From Sedimentisphaerales bacterium (GTDB lineage: Bacteria > Planctomycetota > Phycisphaerae > Sedimentisphaerales > SM23-30): a DNA stretch of 64,000 nucleotides. Below are positions 39,258 to 49,136 of this stretch, one piece after another. Within the stretch, counting starts at the first letter, position 1. Each line of letters begins with the position of its first letter. The notes beneath the pieces were generated by a model. The model had not been told where the DNA came from. It was given only the letters and a program-made list of their open reading frames with translations, and did no database searches. The translations under genes were made by a program, and so were the position numbers. The DNA lies in NCBI GenBank assembly GCA_963663805.2, contig CAXXMR010000013.1, positions 320,001-384,000 on the forward strand, read 5' to 3'.

Positions 39258-40448
39258 TTATTGTTGCGGCGTTGATTTGTTTAGTTTTGTCTGGAGGTAG
39301 TCGAAGATTGCGTGGGCGTATTTTTCGTGGGCATGGTGGTTGGGGTGGCCGTCGATGGGGTAGATTGCATAATGCTTGAATCCTTCAGGGCCGAAGTAGT
39401 CTTTGGTGGGGATGTAGTCGAGGTTGTATTGGGCAGAGAATTCTTTGGCGAAGATTTCTCGGGCGCCGGGCATGTATAAATCGGCGACGGCGATTGGTAT
39501 GTTGTGCTGTTGGCTGAACTGTTTGAATCGGCTAAACCATTTTTGGCCGTAGGCGCGGCGGATTTGTTTTTCTTCGGGGGTGATACTGCCTGCTTCTGGA
39601 TTGACGAAACTTTGGTAGAGCCTGCTGGTTTTTATCAGGTCGAGCATGAAAAGGCGGCAGAATGGGTTGTTGGGCGGGGGCAGGGGGCCGCGCTGTTCCA
39701 TTTGTTCGGGGGTGATGATTTCGTCGTCGTTGTAGCAGAATCCGACGATTATCATGTCGGGATGGTAGGGGAGTACTTTGTTTTCGATGACGACCATGTA
39801 TTGTTCGAGGGCGTAGCCGGGATGGCCGAAGATTATAAATTCGTATTTGCCGGGCCATTTTTGGTTGGTCCATTTTTCAAGGAGCTTGGCGTAAGTTTTT
39901 TCGTGTTCGACGCCCCATCCCATGGTGAGTGAGTCGCCTACGACGGCGACGCGGAAGGTGTTGTCGGGTTTTTCGAGCGGGTATTCGCGGTCGCGCAGGC
40001 CGGCAGAGTTGGTCTGGAAGTGTTTGAGGTGGAATATGGTGTCAACATTTGGTTTGAATTCGACGAGCAGCTCTTTGAGTTCGGCGCGCTGGTAGATGTC
40101 GGGCTGGCAGTCGCCCTGGCTGGAGTAGACGCTGTTCATTTTGGTGAGGCTGAGGCAGTCCGGGCCGAAGAGGTAGAAGCGGCAGGCTAACTCGGCGAGG
40201 AAGAAGGCGGCGAGGAATGAAATCCAGCAGAAGACGACGGCTTCGAGAATGAAACGCCGTTTGCGGCGGATAATCAGATTGAAGGCGGTGGTGACGAGGG
40301 CTAAATCGAGAAGGGAAAGAAGGATTTTGATTTCTTTAGCGGTGTAGTTGGGGATTTTGAAGTCGGCGAGGGCTACTGTGATGGTTATTAGCACTGCTGA
40401 GATTAGGAAAATTATGCCTGTCCGGAAGGCCCGTTTTTGTTTTTCCAT
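39258..40448 (-). CDS. Membrane-anchored SGNH/GDSL hydrolase
   Basis: TNSAGLRD, VVGDSLTMG, CYND, DGHPN. Confidence 0.85.
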   Translation of the reverse strand: MEKQKRAFRTGIIFLISAVLITITVALADFKIPNYTAKEIKILLSLLDLALVTTAFNLIIRRKRRFILEAVVFCWISFLAAFFLAELACRFYLFGPDCLSLTKMNSVYSSQGDCQPDIYQRAELKELLVEFKPNVDTIFHLKHFQTNSAGLRDREYPLEKPDNTFRVAVVGDSLTMGWGVEHEKTYAKLLEKWTNQKWPGKYEFIIFGHPGYALEQYMVVIENKVLPYHPDMIIVGFCYNDDEIITPEQMEQRGPLPPPNNPFCRLFMLDLIKTSRLYQSFVNPEAGSITPEEKQIRRAYGQKWFSRFKQFSQQHNIPIAVADLYMPGAREIFAKEFSAQYNLDYIPTKDYFGPEGFKHYAIYPIDGHPNHHAHEKYAHAIFDYLQTKLNKSTPQQ

Positions 40449-40564
40449 TTGTTTACTCCGATTACAACTGTTTATACTATACAGACATCGACCAGAAGGG
40501 CGGTTGGTCTGTAAAAGCGGGAATTGGTGGCGAAAAATGGTGGATGGAGTTAGAATTGCGGGCT

Positions 40565-41836
40565 ATGAAGATAGATTTTCCATTTGAACTGGTTGAGGTG
40601 CAGCGGTTTGGTTGTTCTTGCTGCGGGCGGTGCTGTCGGGGGTTTATGGTGCCGGTTGAGTCGGTTGAGCGGGATGCGATTGCTGATTTAGAGGATTGGC
40701 CGAGGCGGTTGGGGGTGGAGCAGATTTATCTGCGGAGTCATCTGGCAGGGGCGGCGGGTTATGCCTTGGCGAAGCGGGCTGATGGGCGGTGCGTTTTTCT
40801 GGATGATGACGGGCTGTGTCTGATACATAAGCGGTATGGGGCGGGTGCTAAGCCGGTGGCGTGTCAGATTTATCCTTTTGTGTTTTGTCCGGCGGCGGGT
40901 GAGACGGCGGTGTCGTTGCGGTTTGATTGTCCGGCGGTTTGTGAAAATGAGGGGGCGGAGTTGGCGGAGTATCGGGCGGAACTGGAGGAGTTGGCGGGGC
41001 AGGTTGTGCCGGCGGGTACGGTTGCGGTGGTGCCGCGGATTTATGGGCGGAATGCGGTTGATGGTGAGAAGTTTCGGCTGGTGAATGAGGCGGTGGTTAA
41101 GATTTTGGGTAGTAACGCGGTGGCGTTTAATTTGCGGCTGCATTGGCTGAACAGTTTCGCGGAGTATCTGGCGAAGATTAAATGGTCTGAAGTTGGGGCG
41201 GATGAGTTGGCTGAGATACTTGATATGTTTCGGACGGGGATTTTGGCGGAGCTGGCGGGTTATGAGCCGTTGTTTGGGAAGCTGACCGGGCGGGCGCGGA
41301 AGCTGTTTGGTCAGTATTTGTTTGTTTTGAGTCAGCCGAGTCAGAATCCTACTTTGGCGAAGGTTTCGCTGGTGCGGACTTTGCGGGAGCGGCTGGGTCA
41401 GACTTCGGCAATGACGGCGTTTGCTAAACCTTCGGCAGAGCTGCCGCAGGTCTGGGCGGATTGGCCGAGGTGTAAGGTGGGGGATTTGGATGAATCGTTT
41501 GGGGCGATCGAGGGTGAGGTTGAAGAACTGCTGACGCGGATGCTGGTTTGTCGGACGGCCAGTTATAATTACTGCGGGGTGAATCTTTACGGTTATGATG
41601 TGGTCAGCGGGCTGCGGCTGATGATTGTGGGGGTCGCGGCGGCGGGGTGGCTGATGCGGGTTTATGCGCGGGCTGATATGCGGGACAGTCTGCGGCTGAG
41701 TGACGCGGAAAAGGTGCTGGGGATTCTTGATGGTAATCTGGGTTATGCGACGGCGTTGGATTTTGGGCCGGCGAAGGCACGGCTGGAGGCGATTGTCCCT
41801 TCGATGACGGATGTGATTAATTTCGCGTGTCTTTGA
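40565..41836 (+). CDS. YkgJ/FliB-like cysteine-cluster protein
   Basis: CSCCGRCC, CVFLDDDGLC.IH, KP.ACQ.YPF. Confidence 0.8.
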   Translation: MKIDFPFELVEVQRFGCSCCGRCCRGFMVPVESVERDAIADLEDWPRRLGVEQIYLRSHLAGAAGYALAKRADGRCVFLDDDGLCLIHKRYGAGAKPVACQIYPFVFCPAAGETAVSLRFDCPAVCENEGAELAEYRAELEELAGQVVPAGTVAVVPRIYGRNAVDGEKFRLVNEAVVKILGSNAVAFNLRLHWLNSFAEYLAKIKWSEVGADELAEILDMFRTGILAELAGYEPLFGKLTGRARKLFGQYLFVLSQPSQNPTLAKVSLVRTLRERLGQTSAMTAFAKPSAELPQVWADWPRCKVGDLDESFGAIEGEVEELLTRMLVCRTASYNYCGVNLYGYDVVSGLRLMIVGVAAAGWLMRVYARADMRDSLRLSDAEKVLGILDGNLGYATALDFGPAKARLEAIVPSMTDVINFACL

Positions 41837-41842
41837 GGGGGG

Positions 41843-42025
41843 CATTTAAGAAGGCAAGAGGCATTAGGCATGAGGCAAGAGTGAACGGCGAGGTGCCTGC
41901 CTTCGGCAGGGGGTGTTTTATGCTCGTGTCGTTTGGGTCCGTATTTTTTGTCTGCTTTGCTGATCGTTTTATGGGTGGGTGTGTCCAACCCCGCGAATGA
42001 ATCGCGGGTCTAACTGTTAACGGTT
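41843..42025 (+). repeat. Composite REP-like element, copy 5
   Basis: catttaagaaggcaagaggcattaggcatgaggc, gaacggcgagg, cctgccttcggcagg, ccccgcgaatgaatcgcggg. Confidence 0.75.
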
Positions 42026-42140
42026 GGAGTTTTGGTTTGGGGTTGAGGTTGGGATGTTCAACGGGGCGGTGGGGCGTTAGCGGTTTTTTCTTCATGACCG
42101 CTCCCGGAGAATGGCTGCTCTGACGGGAGATTTACGGCAA

Positions 42141-42380
42141 AGTAAATTTGCAGTTGTCAGATACAATTTTGCATTTGGGGGATGCAATTTTACATCCGTC
42201 ATATACAAATTTACCTACGCTGATTGCAAATTTGCATCCGTTGCATACAATTTTACACTCGGCAAATACAAATTTACATACGCCGATTGCAAACTTACAT
42301 CCGTCGTATACAATTTTACATATGGCAAATGCAATTTTACATATGACAGATGTAAATTTACATGCGACGCATGTAAAAAT
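42141..42380. repeat. 21-bp period tandem array (11 units plus a partial)
   Basis: 12-bp near-palindrome TRCAAWTTTRCA followed by 9 variable bases, starting at 42141, 42162, ... 42351. Confidence 0.85.
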
Positions 42381-42639
42381 GATTCAGAGCGATTCCGACT
42401 TGCTTTAGCTTGATGTAAGTGTCTGATAAAGCGTGGATTAGAGATTTGGGGCTGATCGAACTGGTTTTGTGATGCTCCCGGCGGGATAATTACCGGACTG
42501 TTGGCTTCGGGGTAGTTCCGGGTTTGGCGGGCCCGATATTCGGTCGTGGGCTTGCCGGATAAAGGGGCAGGGCTGTCGGTTCCGGGCTGTGATATGGGGG
42601 GGAATGTTATCGTACCGGCCGCGGGATTTTGCTAATGCA

Positions 42640-42936
42640 GCTATTTTTTTATCCGGCGGCACCATAACAGGTTTTCTTTCAACATATGCGGATAGTGCCA
42701 TTTATCTTGACGGCAGCGGGTTCGAAGTTGGCGGTCAGGTACTTAGCGTTGGCGATAATCTCAGGACTTTGGGGCTTACTTCCGGTACGATTACCGGCAC
42801 TCTGGCTGATAGTAGTGCTTTGGATGTGGGTTTCAGTATATCTGATACGAGCAATATCATAATCATTCCTGAACCGGTTAGTATGGCGCTGCTGTCGCTG
42901 GGTGGTTTAGTTTTGCGGCGGAGACGTCGGAACTGA
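42640..42936 (+). pseudogene. C-terminal remnant of a PEP-CTERM protein
   Basis: TGTLAD, IIPEPVSMALLSLGGLVLRRRRRN; no signal peptide or credible start. Confidence 0.7.
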
Positions 42937-42969
42937 ATATGTTTTCTACTGAGTAAGATGTCCTTTTTT

Positions 42970-44376
42970 CTATTCGAACCGCAATCTTACTTTGTCCATG
43001 ACGGCTTTTGCGCTTGTGCCAGGGGTTTGCCCGGTTTTAAATTCGAACTTGAAACCGTAGCCCATCGGCAGGGTTTTTAGATCTAGAGCGGCAGGAGTTT
43101 TTTCTATTACTCTCACGAATCCGGGTTTTTGTTTATAGGTTTCCCGGACTTCCTGCCAGTTGGTCCAATGGTCGATTGTGCCGTCGCCGCTGGTATCGAC
43201 GCCCAGCCTTGCCTTGACGCCGTTTACCCAGGGGCCCGGACTGACGAAATCGGTATCGCCGCTCTGCTGGATAAGATAAAACTGTCCCTCGGCAAAACCC
43301 ACCGTGGGATCGGGATGTCCCTGGCCCAACTCTCCGCACCAGTGAAATTCCTCGTTCAGGCTCCGGCTGGTCCAGCGGCCGATACGAATCTCATCATGGG
43401 CGGGATGGAAATCGCCAAACAGATAATATTGTGAACCAACCTTGATCGCTGTCCAGTCGCCGTGAGCGTTCTGTTCCGGTTCGTGAATTTCATAAGTCAT
43501 TTTGACTGGATTGAAGGGGTGGTCAAAGGTGGCAAAACGGCCTGTGGGTGAAGTGCGGTCATCGACTGCCGGGGCGAGAATCTGGAAATCATGGATACCG
43601 TCCGGGCTTACTGCATGGCCCCCGACCGGAGCGTCCCAGGAATGTTTTTTGGCGTTCATATAACTCCAGTTCTCATAGATCAGGTGGAAACTGCCGTCAT
43701 CATCACGCAGAATGGCGCAATCGGAGCCATGGGAAGGGTCGGCAAAGACCATGCCCAGATCGTCCCCCATCCTGCCGTCGGTCAGATCCCGGTCCAGGAT
43801 CAGATGCGGGTCTTCGTCATTGGGGTAATCATAGTAAATATAAAAAGTTCCATCCACATACTCGGCGGTCGTAACCCATCGGCTTCGATGATCGGAGACC
43901 GGGCCATAGTGCCGCCACGTCTTCATGTCGCTGCTGTGCCAGGCATGATAGCCGGGCACGCTTTTTCCGCCATTGCTATTTTCTTTTTTGGTGCAGCGGG
44001 CCAGGAACCAGTAATCATTATTTCCGATGGGGATAAACACCGGGGCGTCGGCGGTATGTTTGGGCCCGACATTGGGAACTTCCCGCCAATTATCCCAGGT
44101 GGGGGATTGCTCGAAAACTATCGAAGCTGCCTTACGCTTTTTTTTATAGCTTGTGGTAATACTTACGAATCGTGAAGTGCTTTGGATGGGCCTGGCCTGG
44201 CCGTCACGGATTTCGAGGTTCTCGGCAGAATCCCGGGCGGCAATCCAGGATTCCTGACTGTCAATGAGCCAGAGATCAGGATCATGCTTCTCAGCATGTC
44301 TGTCGGCTTGACATCCAGTTAATATCGTAAACAATCCAGCCAGTACCAGCGATCGAGACAAAAAACTGCTAATCAT
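42970..44376 (-). CDS. Lipoprotein, beta-propeller glycoside hydrolase-like
   Basis: LTGC lipobox, DAPV, WHSSDMKTW, HPDP. Confidence 0.6.
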   Translation of the reverse strand: MISSFLSRSLVLAGLFTILTGCQADRHAEKHDPDLWLIDSQESWIAARDSAENLEIRDGQARPIQSTSRFVSITTSYKKKRKAASIVFEQSPTWDNWREVPNVGPKHTADAPVFIPIGNNDYWFLARCTKKENSNGGKSVPGYHAWHSSDMKTWRHYGPVSDHRSRWVTTAEYVDGTFYIYYDYPNDEDPHLILDRDLTDGRMGDDLGMVFADPSHGSDCAILRDDDGSFHLIYENWSYMNAKKHSWDAPVGGHAVSPDGIHDFQILAPAVDDRTSPTGRFATFDHPFNPVKMTYEIHEPEQNAHGDWTAIKVGSQYYLFGDFHPAHDEIRIGRWTSRSLNEEFHWCGELGQGHPDPTVGFAEGQFYLIQQSGDTDFVSPGPWVNGVKARLGVDTSGDGTIDHWTNWQEVRETYKQKPGFVRVIEKTPAALDLKTLPMGYGFKFEFKTGQTPGTSAKAVMDKVRLRFE

Positions 44377-44377
44377 C

Positions 44378-44872
44378 CTACTGTTCTTTGTTGTTATAAA
44401 AATCTTCAAAAGGATCACCTATACCTGAAATATTGCGTACTTCCTGAATTAGTTTTGAGTTTGCGGTAAGTTTGTGATTGCCGTCGTTCCAGCTATTGGG
44501 GTAAATAGTAGTATGGTCTCCACCCCATAGGATCAATGTTTCGAGAAGATGTTGATTATCATCATACAAATGAATGTCGGTCCAGTCGCTTGTGGTAGCT
44601 ATTCCCGGGATTTTCTTTAATTTGTATTTTTGCTTTTCAATAATGCTTTTGATACGCATTATTAAGGATTTGTCAGTGATGGTGATTGTGGCTGGACTTG
44701 ACGGGCCATGAGGATTACTGATTTCTAGTTTTGCGCAATTGTCAAAATGCGAAAGAGTTTTCTGCCAATCAGATAATAACTCGGAGCGGTTATTTTTTTC
44801 GGCCAAAAAAGGAACGAAAAAGCATAGCGATAAAGAGGCAACAGTTAATAAAATACGATTTGCTTTGGTCAT
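44378..44872 (-). CDS. Hypothetical protein with N-terminal anchor
   Basis: ORF tightly packed between neighbours. Confidence 0.5.
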   Translation of the reverse strand: MTKANRILLTVASLSLCFFVPFLAEKNNRSELLSDWQKTLSHFDNCAKLEISNPHGPSSPATITITDKSLIMRIKSIIEKQKYKLKKIPGIATTSDWTDIHLYDDNQHLLETLILWGGDHTTIYPNSWNDGNHKLTANSKLIQEVRNISGIGDPFEDFYNNKEQ

Positions 44873-44873
44873 C

Positions 44874-45485
44874 CTAGATCTCAATTATGCCGTATTTTTC
44901 TTTGAGGGTTTGGCGGAGTTTTTTGGCGTCTTTGAATTGTATTGCCTGCAGGCCGGCGGATTGGGCTCCTTCGATGTTTTTTTGCAGGTCGTCGATGAAG
45001 AGGCAGTTTTCGGGCGGGGTGTTATTCATTTTTGCGGCGGTGAGGAAGGCCTGGCGGTCGGGTTTGGTGACGTGGATTTCGAAGCTCAGGGCTGGTTTTT
45101 TGAAATGGAGGAGGATGGGGTAGTTTTCTTTTACGAAATTCCAGTGGAGCGGGTCGGTATCGGAGAGCAGGCCGAGTGGGTATTTCTCGGCGAGTTCGGC
45201 GACGAGCTGTTCCATGCCGGGCATTTCGCGGAAGATGTCGCACCAGTTTTGGCGGAATTCCTCGAAAGCTAGTTTCAGGTCGAACCTTTGGCAAAGATGC
45301 TGATGAAATTCCGAAGGGTTAATTTCGCCCCGGCCCCACTGACGCATCAACTCATGGGACATTATCTTTTGCAATTTATCATCGGAGTTATTGCTGTTCA
45401 GGTTGGCGAAAAAATTATTGAAGCTGGTCATGTCGATGTCCACCAGGACACGGCCCAGGTCGAAAATTATGGTTTTGATAGTCAT
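44874..45485 (-). CDS. HAD-family phosphatase
   Basis: FDLGRVL, LSDT, KPD, FIDD. Confidence 0.9.
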   Translation of the reverse strand: MTIKTIIFDLGRVLVDIDMTSFNNFFANLNSNNSDDKLQKIMSHELMRQWGRGEINPSEFHQHLCQRFDLKLAFEEFRQNWCDIFREMPGMEQLVAELAEKYPLGLLSDTDPLHWNFVKENYPILLHFKKPALSFEIHVTKPDRQAFLTAAKMNNTPPENCLFIDDLQKNIEGAQSAGLQAIQFKDAKKLRQTLKEKYGIIEI

Positions 45486-45509
45486 GCGGTCTTTTCTAAA
45501 TTCAGGTTG

Positions 45510-47675
45510 TTAGTTCAGTGTTAGCCAGTCGCTTGAGAAGAAGGGTAAGTCGTCGGCATTTACCTGCTCGTCGAGGTTGAGGTCCGCTCCCTGGCAGGCG
45601 TAACAGCTGCTTTCGAGCCAATGGTCAGCAAACATGGCAAAGTCTTTGAGGTTCACGATGCCATCATCATTCAAGTCCGGGATTCGGTCTACCGCATAAT
45701 TATAAACGCGTACATCGCTAATCAGGCCTTCATAGTCAAACAAGTCCCTTCGGGCGCGGCCAATCATCCAGACGGTATCCTGGTCAAACGTGGCGGGGCT
45801 CATGTCCGATTGCACCGGATAATCATCCAGGTACAGATTCCAGGAATCATTATAGCGGGTAATAATAAGTCTGTGCCATTGATTGTCATCTATGGCAGTC
45901 GGCCCCGTAATACTCGGTCCGTCTTTGACCCACCAGACGACCTGACCGTTTTCTACGTATACATTGGCGCGGCCGGTTTGAGAGTTGTTGTTGGAAAACA
46001 GGTGTCCCTGGGCAGTGTGATGGTTGTCCGTCTTGAACCAGAGGAGCAGGCTAAAATCGTCTGTCTCTGGAATAACATTGCTGGTATTTGTTTCGACACC
46101 ACCAAGGCTCGAATCCGCGGCGAAATCGTACGCCCGGTCGGTACCTCCGGCGGGGCCGGGTTGATTGACCATGCCCGATGCGTAATTCCAGATGTTTCCG
46201 TCGGGAAGGCTGCCTGTATCTTCAAGTACCGGGCCATAGTAATCACCCTGGTTGAAAACCACGGTTTCATCCAGTTTCCAATGCGCGAGCATTTTGCGTG
46301 AGTACTCGCTCAGGGTTACCGTGTCAGAAGCAGTACTCCCGGCGGTGTTGGTTGCTACACAATAGTAATTTCCCAAATCCGCAGTATCTACATTTTTAAT
46401 TGTCAGCGACGTATGGTTTGCACTGGAAACGATGGAGATGTCACCATTATCATCCCCATCGTGCAATTCAATATCTCCGCCGGTGTTTTCTTTGAACCAC
46501 TGATAACTTATGATGTCCGAATACTCCGTGGCGGTGAAAACCGCCGTTTGGCCGAGGACAACCTTTTGGTCTGTGGGCTGAAGGTCAAAAATAGAGTCGT
46601 CGTAGTTTTCTGTGATAACGTTATCAATATCGTGGTCCCAGATGGCTTGGTCCTGACTGCGTCCGGTGGTGTTGTTGCGGATTATACTGTTTTGCCGAGC
46701 AAAATCATGGTCGTCCAGCCCTGAGCCGAATGGGTATGCGGAGTCGAGGTCGCAATAGCTGCTGGGAAAGTAGTTGCGTGAGCCCAGCCAGATAGCGGGT
46801 TTGTAGCCGGTGTAATTGGAGTAAGTAAACTCATTTTCGATAATTTCGTTAAAACGTGGTTCCTGGTGTCGCACGGCACCGCCTTCGCCGCAGTTGCGGT
46901 ATATAAATATTCCCCCGTTAGGCGTAGAAGGGAAAAAGTTATTTTTGATAAGATTATGGGCTGAGCCATCTATGGCGAATACCTCGCGTGTCCCTGTGGG
47001 GGTGGTGTCGAATACATTGTTAAGGAAGGTGTTGTGGGCGCTCTCGGCATCCAGGTAAATGGTGGTGGAGCTGCGGGTTCCCGTAAAGTGGCAGTTGGTC
47101 ACGGTTACGTAAGTTGTTCCGGGGCTGATGTATAGAGGGATTCTGCCGTGACCGATAATGGTCAGGTTATCCAAGGTAATATTTGTAGGTGCATAGGCCT
47201 GGGCCCTTTCGGTATGGCCCAGCGTATGGGAGGATTCCGGTACGTCGCCGCTTTGGCCGTTGAGGCCTAGTCCCCATATTCGCACGGCGCCGTCAATGGT
47301 GCCGTTTTTTAGCGTGACATCCGAGAGCTGGCACCAGGAGCCATCGGCGTTTTTCAGGGAGTGTATTTTAACAATATCCCCACTGCTGCTTGAGGGGTCG
47401 ATACTGCCGCCGTTTAGATTGATGACGACCGGACTGTAAACCGGGGAGATGATTTCCACAGGTCTTCTCAAAATCGCCCCTGCGGGTAAAGTAAAACCCC
47501 GATTTACGACTAACAGGATGTCGTTGTTGCTGGAATCTAAAAACTCGGCAACCTGCCCGCTGGTATAGTCGCCCGGCGAACCCGTAAGTTCTGGACAATC
47601 CGCCCGGAGCTGGGTCATAGAGAAGAAACTGGAAAACGCTACAAACAACAATGGAAAACGATATTTGGTATACAT
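45510..47675 (-). CDS. Secreted beta-helix + Ig + LamG + dockerin-like protein
   Basis: Parallel beta-helix repeats, YQWFK/YYCVATN Ig, LAHWKLDE LamG, DLNDDGIVNLKDFAMFADHWL. Confidence 0.8.
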   Translation of the reverse strand: MYTKYRFPLLFVAFSSFFSMTQLRADCPELTGSPGDYTSGQVAEFLDSSNNDILLVVNRGFTLPAGAILRRPVEIISPVYSPVVINLNGGSIDPSSSSGDIVKIHSLKNADGSWCQLSDVTLKNGTIDGAVRIWGLGLNGQSGDVPESSHTLGHTERAQAYAPTNITLDNLTIIGHGRIPLYISPGTTYVTVTNCHFTGTRSSTTIYLDAESAHNTFLNNVFDTTPTGTREVFAIDGSAHNLIKNNFFPSTPNGGIFIYRNCGEGGAVRHQEPRFNEIIENEFTYSNYTGYKPAIWLGSRNYFPSSYCDLDSAYPFGSGLDDHDFARQNSIIRNNTTGRSQDQAIWDHDIDNVITENYDDSIFDLQPTDQKVVLGQTAVFTATEYSDIISYQWFKENTGGDIELHDGDDNGDISIVSSANHTSLTIKNVDTADLGNYYCVATNTAGSTASDTVTLSEYSRKMLAHWKLDETVVFNQGDYYGPVLEDTGSLPDGNIWNYASGMVNQPGPAGGTDRAYDFAADSSLGGVETNTSNVIPETDDFSLLLWFKTDNHHTAQGHLFSNNNSQTGRANVYVENGQVVWWVKDGPSITGPTAIDDNQWHRLIITRYNDSWNLYLDDYPVQSDMSPATFDQDTVWMIGRARRDLFDYEGLISDVRVYNYAVDRIPDLNDDGIVNLKDFAMFADHWLESSCYACQGADLNLDEQVNADDLPFFSSDWLTLN

Positions 47676-47879
47676 TTCTACTCCTATTACGGACATTTCC
47701 CGTTCAACAGTTTACCAGAACCTGTTCCAAAACTCACACTGACAACATTGTACTAAGATTTCCCCTTCCAAAACATCCTTTTTTCAGAATTGCTTAAACG
47801 ATTGCAAAACTAATTCCTTCGCCCCTCCAGGTCAGGGATAAAAGCTGGTCATGTGGTTTGGGTTTGCTATAATTCTTCG

Positions 47880-48806
47880 ATGAGTAAAAGTAAGCGTAAG
47901 AAATGGTATGATAATGGGTTGGCTTTTGAGTGTACGGGGTGTGGAAACTGCTGTTCGGGGCCTGAAGAGGGGTATGTCTGGGTTACGAAAGAGGAAATTG
48001 GTGGTTTAGCGAAGGTTTTGGGTGTTGCCGAGGCTGATTTTCGCAGGCAGTTTGTACGGCGGGTGGGGATTAAATATAGTCTTATCGAGGATCCGCTGAG
48101 CAAGGATTGTGTTTTCCTGGAGCGTGACGGGCAGGGGGGAAAGAAATGTCTGGTTTACGAGGCCCGGCCTATGCAGTGCCGGACTTGGCCTTTCTGGAAG
48201 AGTAATGTTTCGACGGTGCGGGCGTGGGAGCGGGCGGCGGAGGTCTGTCCGGGGATGGATAAGGGGCGATGGTATGGCGGCGAGGATATTTGTGCGATTC
48301 TGGACGGGAAAAAGACGGCGGATGAGCCGGTAGAGGCTGATGGGGATGACGAACACCCGGCGTTGGTGTGGCTGAGGGCGAATCTGGATAATGGGCGGGC
48401 TTGTGAGGCTGTTCGGGAGGTTTATTACTATCTGGACCAGGTGGTCGCCGCGGCGGGGGCGGAATGTGATAATTGTGGAAAGTGTTGTGATTTCGATAGT
48501 TATGGCCATCGTTTGTATGTTACGACTTTGGAAATGCTGAATTTTTTCCGGGGGGTTAAGGGTCAGAAAGTTAAGCCGGTTCAGGGGCGGTGCTGGTATC
48601 AGAATGAGGATGGGTGTGGGGCCCGTGAGTTTCGACCTTCGGGATGCCGGATATTCTTTTGTAAGGGACTGGACGAGGCGTTTCAGCAGGATTTGACCGA
48701 ACGGGCCTTAAAACAACTGCGGGATTTGCATACGGAGTTTGGGTCACCTTATTTGTATATGGATTTAAGGCAGTGGTGTGAGAGATATTTTTCGTCGTTG
48801 ACATAG
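47880..48806 (+). CDS. Double YkgJ-family cysteine-cluster protein
   Basis: CTGCGNCC...RPMQCRTWPF and second CDNCGKCC...RPSGCRIFFC. Confidence 0.82.
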   Translation: MSKSKRKKWYDNGLAFECTGCGNCCSGPEEGYVWVTKEEIGGLAKVLGVAEADFRRQFVRRVGIKYSLIEDPLSKDCVFLERDGQGGKKCLVYEARPMQCRTWPFWKSNVSTVRAWERAAEVCPGMDKGRWYGGEDICAILDGKKTADEPVEADGDDEHPALVWLRANLDNGRACEAVREVYYYLDQVVAAAGAECDNCGKCCDFDSYGHRLYVTTLEMLNFFRGVKGQKVKPVQGRCWYQNEDGCGAREFRPSGCRIFFCKGLDEAFQQDLTERALKQLRDLHTEFGSPYLYMDLRQWCERYFSSLT

Positions 48807-48825
48807 TAAATTAAGTAGATATAAT
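48798..48825 (+). promoter_or_regulatory. Consensus sigma70 promoter
   Basis: TTGACA-N16-TATAAT. Confidence 0.7.
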
Positions 48826-48923
48826 CGCTTTTCTGGTAGCAGACAAAGGCCCGTACCGGGTATGACCCGGATTGATAACCAGGGGTTAAAAAGGGCACCC
48901 ACCCTAACCTGCAAAGAGGTTTT

Positions 48924-49136
48924 ATGATGCGTAAGTTGTTTATTGGTTTACTCTTAGCAAGTTTTCTGGCTATTTCGGCCGGTTGCGACAGTATGACCCG
49001 CGGCTCGGACCAGCAGATAACCAAGTATAGTCGGATTTCTGAGCTTAACCGTCGGATGCTGGCTGAGGATGTGGATTCTATTCTTCTGCTGGACCGGCAG
49101 AGCCATCTGACTCCCTGGTATGTGCCGGCCCGGTAA
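48924..49136 (+). CDS. Small lipoprotein
   Basis: ISAGC lipobox; D.D..LLLDR.S.LT.W. Confidence 0.75.
   Translation: MMRKLFIGLLLASFLAISAGCDSMTRGSDQQITKYSRISELNRRMLAEDVDSILLLDRQSHLTPWYVPAR

Noticed and set aside
40688..41845. 385-aa minus-strand ORF, and similar antisense ORFs at 13141, 36483, 38140, 60342
   Set aside because: Antisense shadows of well-supported genes, with no motifs
42141..42380. CRISPR or TIGR-type guide array
   Set aside because: Repeat (12 bp) and spacers (9 bp) are too short for CRISPR, spacers are duplicates of each other, and no cas or Nop-domain gene is nearby
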